Shown piece by piece: positions 57,691 to 64,000 of a DNA stretch of 64,000 nucleotides. The notes below the pieces were generated by a model. It ran no database searches. It was not told where the DNA came from and was given only the letters and a program-made list of their open reading frames with translations. The translations under genes and the position numbers were made by a program. Position 1 is the stretch's first letter; every line of letters starts with the position of its first letter. Origin of the DNA: Caecitellus pseudoparvulus (taxonomy: Eukaryota > Protista > Bigyra: Bicosoecida); the NCBI GenBank assembly GCA_965644315.1, contig CBFFRQ010000055.1, forward strand, positions 124,001 to 188,000, given 5' to 3'.

Positions 57691-60600
57691 CTACCCCGAA
57701 TGTCTCGGAGGGGGAGACCTGCTCCTCGGGCGGGGGGGCCTTGCCTGCGTGTCCGGAGATTGGCCCGAGCCAGCGCCCCCGCTCCTCTCGGTACGCTGGC
57801 TTGCCAGCCCTGGTTCGTACCGAAGGCTCTTGTTTTGCCCGCCAGGATGCGAGGCCGCTTGAGCGGCTGGCGGTGCGGGACCACTGGCTTTTGGGGCACG
57901 GAGAGGAACTGAAGGCAAGCCGGCGGGCGCAGACCGCATCGGCACAGCCGGAAGGGACTGTGCTGTGGAGCGCATTGGGATGGCAGGGAGCCCTGCAACA
58001 CCAGTGGTATCGGTTCTTGGCCTGGAGGTGTCTTGCTGGGGGGCTGCTGAGCTGGCAGGCAGGCCCCGCTTCACGCCCCCAACTCTGGGAGAAGGCGAGG
58101 ACGCCTTCTGCGCAGACAGCATGACCACATTCCATGCTTGAGCCCTGGAAATGACGCTCAGCACTTGAGGGGGGATGCCTTGGCGCTTCAGGGAGCCTTC
58201 GTCCAAAGCCCCCCTCTTGCTCAGCGCGCGAATGAGAGTCGCTTCAGCGGTCGCACTCTCTCTTTTTGCCGTCTCCTGCAGCAGCCTGCTCGTCTCCTGC
58301 CTCGAAGTGGATGCACCGCTCACGAACAAATTGTACTGGCAGGCAGACTTGGCCATGGCTCTAAGTTTATACTGTGGGAAGCACTGCATGGGTTTGAACC
58401 TCAACAGAAGCGCGACAACTTTGGACAGCACATTGGGAGGCACGGTGAGGCCCCGGCCTCTGCGTTCAGGAGAAGACTGCGGCACATCGTCAGGTGCCCC
58501 AGCCGCGGTTGGAACCGAAGGACTGCTGCCTTGACCAGCGGGTGGGTCATCACTTTGCGCCATGGCGTTCGCGTCAGGGCCCATGCCCTCGCCACCTCGA
58601 CGTGCGACAGAGCCCCGGACTGCCCGCAATGCAGCTTCCTTGCGGCGCACCTGCGCTGCCCGGAGAGCGTCACAAAATGGCACCGTGCAAGGCTGTGAGT
58701 CGGCCGTTCCACCAACGCCATGCTCTGCGACGTGAAGCTTTACGAGATTCCACATCGTCAGAAACTCTTGAGACATGTGGTCTCCGTCGTCAGAGCAAGA
58801 AAGCAAAGCGATGTCCCCAAAACTGTCTGTACCCTCTGCCGAGTAGCCTGTCCCCCCTTTCACTTGCATCATCCACAAGTCGAGCAAGCGGCGCATTGCT
58901 TGGCAGCCCTGAACTGTGCAAGCAGCCCCAGCTGTGCAGCTCGAAGTGTGCGTAAGAAGCTGCAGAGCGCGGCAGTGAGCAGTTGCTCGGGAGCAGCCGC
59001 TCCTCAAGGCTGCCTGCACTTCCTCGTCCGTGACAGGTGCCAGCCCAGCTGCAGTGTCCAGCGTTTGGCCCACCAAAGCATCATCCCTGCCCTCAGACAT
59101 GTCAGCCAAAGTCCCAATCGTTGAGAAAGGTACAAGCAGGTGATCTTGGTTGTGCACGCGCTTGGCCTTGCACCGCTCGCAGATGTCATACTCCTCACAC
59201 TCCATGCAAGACCAGCGCAGCCCATCCAGGCCAGCTTCTTCGTCCCTTACGATGTGGTTTCCACAATTGTTGCAATGGTAAACAAAGGAGGGTGCCTGAC
59301 GGTTAAATGTGTGATACAGGATCATCATACTGCTGTGCTTGGCCCTGCGCAGTTGGTCAAACTGGTAGTGGTTTCCGCGGCAGAGATCCAGGAAGAGTTG
59401 CCTTGTCCCAAAGAAGCCGTGATCTACGTCTGCATCTTGATCCGCCAGCATGTACTTGGAGCCTTTCAGCAGCTTGGTCGCCATTTCGTAAAGTCTGACG
59501 CGTTTCTTGGCGGCTGCCACCTTGCTCTTGAGTTGCGAAAGGGGCAGCGCAGAAAAGGATGCCACCATAGCGGCTTCATCTTCACGCAGTTCAGGCATCT
59601 CAATCTCACTGGCTTGCTTTGCCTCTGCCTCTCGCCGCAAGAGAAGCTTCTGCAGAGCTGCGAGCTGCGCAGGGCTTGGAGAGTTGGATGCGTCACACTT
59701 CTCTTTGAAGCCCTTGGCACTGTTGAACTTGGCAATGTGCTGTTTCAGCGGCATGTCGCACTTGTTCTTGTTCTGCTCGGAAAGGGGCATATGGCACACC
59801 CAATCTTCGCGCCGGAAGCTCTCAGCCAGAGGATGCGCACCCAGCGCTGCGACAAGGTCTGCGTCTGGCATTTCCCAAGCCCGCATGGAGAGGTTGCAAA
59901 CCCCAAGCTGGGACTGCATGAAAAGCTTCAAAGGGTCCTTCAGGCCTTTGTCTTTCTTTGCGGCGCCCAGCAAGGCGCCGGTTCCGGACGAGCCAGCCAG
60001 CTGAGCAGAGCCGGCGCCCACATATTCGTAGAACTGCTCATCCGGGAGAATGTACGTCTTGAAGATCTGGCAAGCTGGTCGCAGTTTAATGACGAAGAAG
60101 CCTGTGTGCATGATGGAACTCTGCGTCAGCATCTCAAATACTTTGTCCCTGAGAGGGTCCTCTTGCAGTACCTTACCGCCGACACCGCGTGGTGGAACCT
60201 TTGCAGCTGGCTTGGCCTTGCCAGTTTTCCCGCGCTTCTTCTTGGACTGGCTGCCTTTGGCCTTGCTTTTCGCCCGAGTGGCAATTTCTTCGGGTGACAG
60301 TTTTCCAGTGGTTCCAGCTCTCCACAACTCCATCGCCTTGCGGCGCCTCTCTTCCTCGTATCGTGTACACTCGGCGCTTGCCAAAGCCAGCAGTACGAGG
60401 CGTCGGCGTTCCCAAGCACCTCCAGGCCGTGGGCTGTGCTCAAGAGGGCCACTGGGTTGGCTGCTCCGGCTGCAGAGACTTTCCAGCAGCTTTGGAGAAA
60501 GAACCCACGTCTTGCGTTGAGCAGCAGGGGAGGAGGAGTGAGCCCCACCCGACAGCGACGTGGGTTGCTCGCGGCCTGGCAGTAAGGGCTTGCCCTCACG

Positions 60601-63600
60601 GGCAGCTTCCTCAGCGAGCGTAGCAGCCTCTGACTCTGCTTGCCGAGGCCAGTAGTCACCCTCATAGTTCGGCAGTTGCCAAAGGGGGCGGTCGATGCCG
60701 CCCTCTTGCCCTTTGTGGGAGGGGAAGAAGTCATCAGCCAAATGCACCACACGGTGGGCGATCCTGCGCTCCTGGGCTTCCTTGACGACTTCCATGTACC
60801 ACTTTTGCAGCCGCTTGTCCTTGGGAGTGCGCTGCTCTTCAGGGTGACAAAACAGAATGTAGTCGTCGCCCTCCTTTGGCGGGCAAGCCCAAATGAGGAG
60901 AGAGTTGAACCCCGATCTCCGAAGCCAAAGCATGTACGAAATGAGGAGCTCCTTGTACAACTCTGTGCGCAGCCATGGCACAGAAAAGTACTTCACGCTG
61001 TCCAAGTATGCGAGGTAGGCAGTTCGATGGTTGGGCTGCGGACACTCGTCACCGTACTCTTGCAGGTACATCGCGAAGAGGAGCACGTCAGCACCATCAA
61101 TATTCTCGAACACGTACAGAGCCTTCGATCTGTATGGTAAGACCTTGGGGTACGGCTGCGCGCCGTCTGCGTGAGTACCGTCGTACCTTTTGCAGAACTT
61201 TTCGCCGACCGCATAGTCCCGCATGTTGCAGGCGAGCATTCGCACCGTGACGGTCGGGGGCTTCGATGAGGAGCTGCCACTGTCCCCACCCGCTCCTGCA
61301 GCTGCAGACAAAGGAGCGCTGTCCATGCGCTGGCTCCACTTTCGCCTCAGCATTTCGTTGCAGCAAGTCTCCACGTGACGGTCCAAGCGGTTTGCAGGGA
61401 GCTCGCTCGCCGTGGGGGCCTTGTCCCGGCAGGGGGCGTCTTTGCGGTCGCGCTTCTTCAACTCAGTCAAGACGCAGTCGCAGCAGTAGTACTGCATGTC
61501 CACCCCAGACTCAGCAGCCGCCGCGCCCCGTGCCCCATTGAAGAGAGCGCATACCTGGTGCTGCCACTTCTTGCAGTTGTCACAACACACCCACGGCTCC
61601 TCTGCGTGATTACTGTGCTTTTCCTTGTTCAAGGAGGACTTTGGAAAGCTCTTCCCATCGAGAACGATAGGGTCCTTGCTCTCCCGGAAGCAGGTTGTGC
61701 ACCAGTGGTAGCGATGCTGAGTGTCTGTGTGGTACTGGCCATCCCGCCGGATGCGCTTGTCACAGCCGTTGCAAAAAATGGTTGGCGGCTCGAAACGCAT
61801 CGACGTTCCTTGGCAAAGCGAGCAAACAGTCAACGGCGTTGATTTCTGTGTGGCTTGAAGCTTCTTGCGAACGTTGTTCACGACCTTCAAGAGCTTTTTG
61901 TCAGCGATGCTCTTGAGTGCCAGCGCAGCCGTGTGCACTTCATGCCCGACGGGATTGTACGTGCAAGCATTCCGCCAGACCAAGTTGACGTCATCGACAA
62001 CTGCTTCGAGCGTGTGGTATCGCCCTCCTTCCAGCTGGGCTTTAATCTTGCTCAAGTCCATCGGGCGCTTGATTACTGTGAAGTAGTCAGGGCAAGCGTG
62101 CAGCACGGGGTCTACGGCAACGCTGAAGTACCCTCGGCTGTCGTCGTCAATCAGGCTCTTCACCGTGTCACGAAAGAGGGTGCGAATTCGAGAAGGCGAA
62201 AAAAGCGGGTTGAATGACTTCAAACTCTGTTTGTGTTTCAGCATCGTTTCGTAGTCCAATTGGTACAGGTGACAGTAGTGGGAGTCAAGTTTGTTCTTCA
62301 CGACTTTGTCGCCGCTGGGGACCGTTGCCGCCTCCATGGCTTGAGCAGATACGTCCGTCACAACGTACCTGCTTCGCCGCGCAACTTCTGCAGAGGTCAG
62401 CAAGCTGTGAGTTTCAGCTCCGGCTTGCTGCTGCTGCTGCTGCTGCTGCTGAACAATTTGTGCAGGGGCGGGTGGGGCGGCGGGCAACGCCATGCCTTCA
62501 GACCCCGCCGGAGGCCTTGGTCCTGACTGGGCGGTAGCGACCGTGGTGGACCTCAAAGCTGTGTTGGAAACGGGGTCACGGCCAGCGGGCACCTGGGTTG
62601 GCGCCGAGAAGCCACTCCCACCTGTGGGAGCCATGGTGGGTTTCGAGCCGAAACTGTTGACCAGCTGCTGTGCGAACGCAAACGTGGGATCGGACGCCAT
62701 CGCCGCTGGCTGCGAAGACCGGGAAGTTGCAGCAGATGCTGAGGAGAAAGCGCTCATGACACCCCCTGCCGCAGCCGTCACGGTTGCGGACACTGGTGCA
62801 GGCGTTGCCTGCACTGACTGCCCAGACTGGCGAACAAGTTGCATGGCGATCATTTGCGCAGCATCCAACTGATTGTGCGGCTGCGGAGCGGGTGTTTGGA
62901 CAGCAGAAATCGCCCTTTGTGGCGCCGGCACCCGTGCCGCGGCGGCCTGAGCCGGCAAATGAGCTGCAACTTGAGGGCCCCCGCCGGCCATTTGCCTCGA
63001 GGCAGATGTGCGAGCCCTTAGGTCTGTGATGCGCTTCGTATTTTCTCGAGTGGGTGCGCACACCACGCAGTTGTCCAGAGAGCACCTCCGGTAGTGCGCC
63101 AAAATGTTGCGGGAAGGAGCGCAAGCTGGGTAGCTGCAGTCCTTCAGCGTGCAAGTGCGTACATGCATCAGCAGTTGCATGTACTCATGGTCGTCCTTCA
63201 ACATGGCATGCGTAGCCAGCCTGTCCAGCTCGTTGGCCAAGCACCGCAAGCGTTCCGCTCGTGCCTGCCCTTGCCGATGCCTAATGTCTTCTTCCCACAG
63301 AGTTCTGCACACTCCTGGGGGAGGCGGTCCAGAGGCTGGAGCCCGCATGATGCCTGGCATCAACTCTTCAATCATGTCAGCGGCAGAGCGCCGCGTGCTG
63401 TGTACTGGCTGCTGACTGATCCCTGCCGATGACCAAGATGCACCCGCTCCAGCACTGCTTAAGACAGGTTGTGCCGCGCTGTGCACCGCACTGTGCACCG
63501 CGCTCGGCCTGCTATCCCTAGCAGCGGACATCGCCCCCTCGCTGCCGGCCAACAGCGGGTTCACGGCAGACATATCAACCATCCTAGATGAAGCTGACAC

Positions 63601-64000
63601 CCCTGGTGCTGATGAAGCACTTCGCATGCTTCCAACTGGGGGCTTTTGCTGGGAGCTCCGGTGTGCCGAGTTTCCTGGCTGTGGTGGCATCGGCGTGGGG
63701 CGGATGCAGTGCAAAGAGCAGCCATGGCGCGTATGCCAGCAGGAGACTCACCCTGGCAATGAGCAGTTGGTTCTTGTGCTGGACTAGGTATTGAAGACGG
63801 GTGAGGTTGCGGTGTCTGTCCGTGTAGTCCTCCTGAAAACAAGTGGACCAGGGTGGGTGCACAGGCAGTCAAGCTGCGCCAGTTCTGCAGGACCGCCCAA
63901 CTCACGAATGAGCTGGTGCGGTAGTACAAGTGCCGCTCAAAGTAGGTGGCAGCAATATTTATAGTGGCTTGCTCCCATGAGGGTGACAATCTTCGCAGCA
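57691..64000 (-). CDS. CREBBP: CBP/p300-type histone acetyltransferase (KAT3), 5'-partial
   Basis: TAZ-like region, bromodomain FSVAVDP...PDYFTVIKRPMDL, PHD WVCCDNCKKWQHQVC, HAT core YLAYLDSV and IWACPPKEGDDYILFCHP...RLQKWY, then ZZ and TAZ2. Upstream spliced exons FERHLYYRTSSF|EDYTD..NLTRLQ are KIX-like and continue to the window edge. Confidence 0.95.
62425..62451 (-). repeat. (CAG)8CAA microsatellite encoding Q9 in CBP
   Basis: ttgctgctgctgctgctgctgctgctg on the + strand. Confidence 0.9.

Noticed and set aside
59140-60297. 385-aa + strand ORF
   Set aside because: Antisense shadow of the conserved CBP HAT region; no recognisable domain.

Overview
Gene-dense eukaryotic nuclear DNA from a protist, probably a stramenopile (inference). 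It uses the standard code, has roughly 55-60% GC by eye, and carries short GT-AG introns mostly of 59-82 nt. From left to right: (1) a giant uninterrupted ORF of >7,750 aa, open past the left edge, encoding a multi-pass surface protein built from ~20 modules of ~300 aa that resemble bacterial DUF11/isopeptide-D2 adhesin repeats, six of them near-identical 939-bp copies; (2) UPF1; (3) a small hypothetical gene; (4) an ankyrin-SAM protein; (5) a ~1,600-aa Pro/Lys-rich repeat protein with a probable assembly frameshift; (6) a 3.5-kb gene-free low-GC interval whose strand skew reverses across it, a candidate centromere or replication origin; (7) a complex I NDUFC2/B14.5b-like N-terminus joined to a ~520-aa extension; (8) DNA2; (9) an NDUFAF4-like gene; (10) MCM9; (11) GTPBP2 and peroxisomal ACOT8, whose CDSs overlap by 6 bp at their stop codons; (12) a GCIP/CCNDBP1-like gene; (13) a secreted PA-domain protein; (14) CBP/p300, which runs off the right edge. 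No rRNA, tRNA, CRISPR array or intact mobile element was recognised. All family calls come from motifs recognised by eye; no database search was run.
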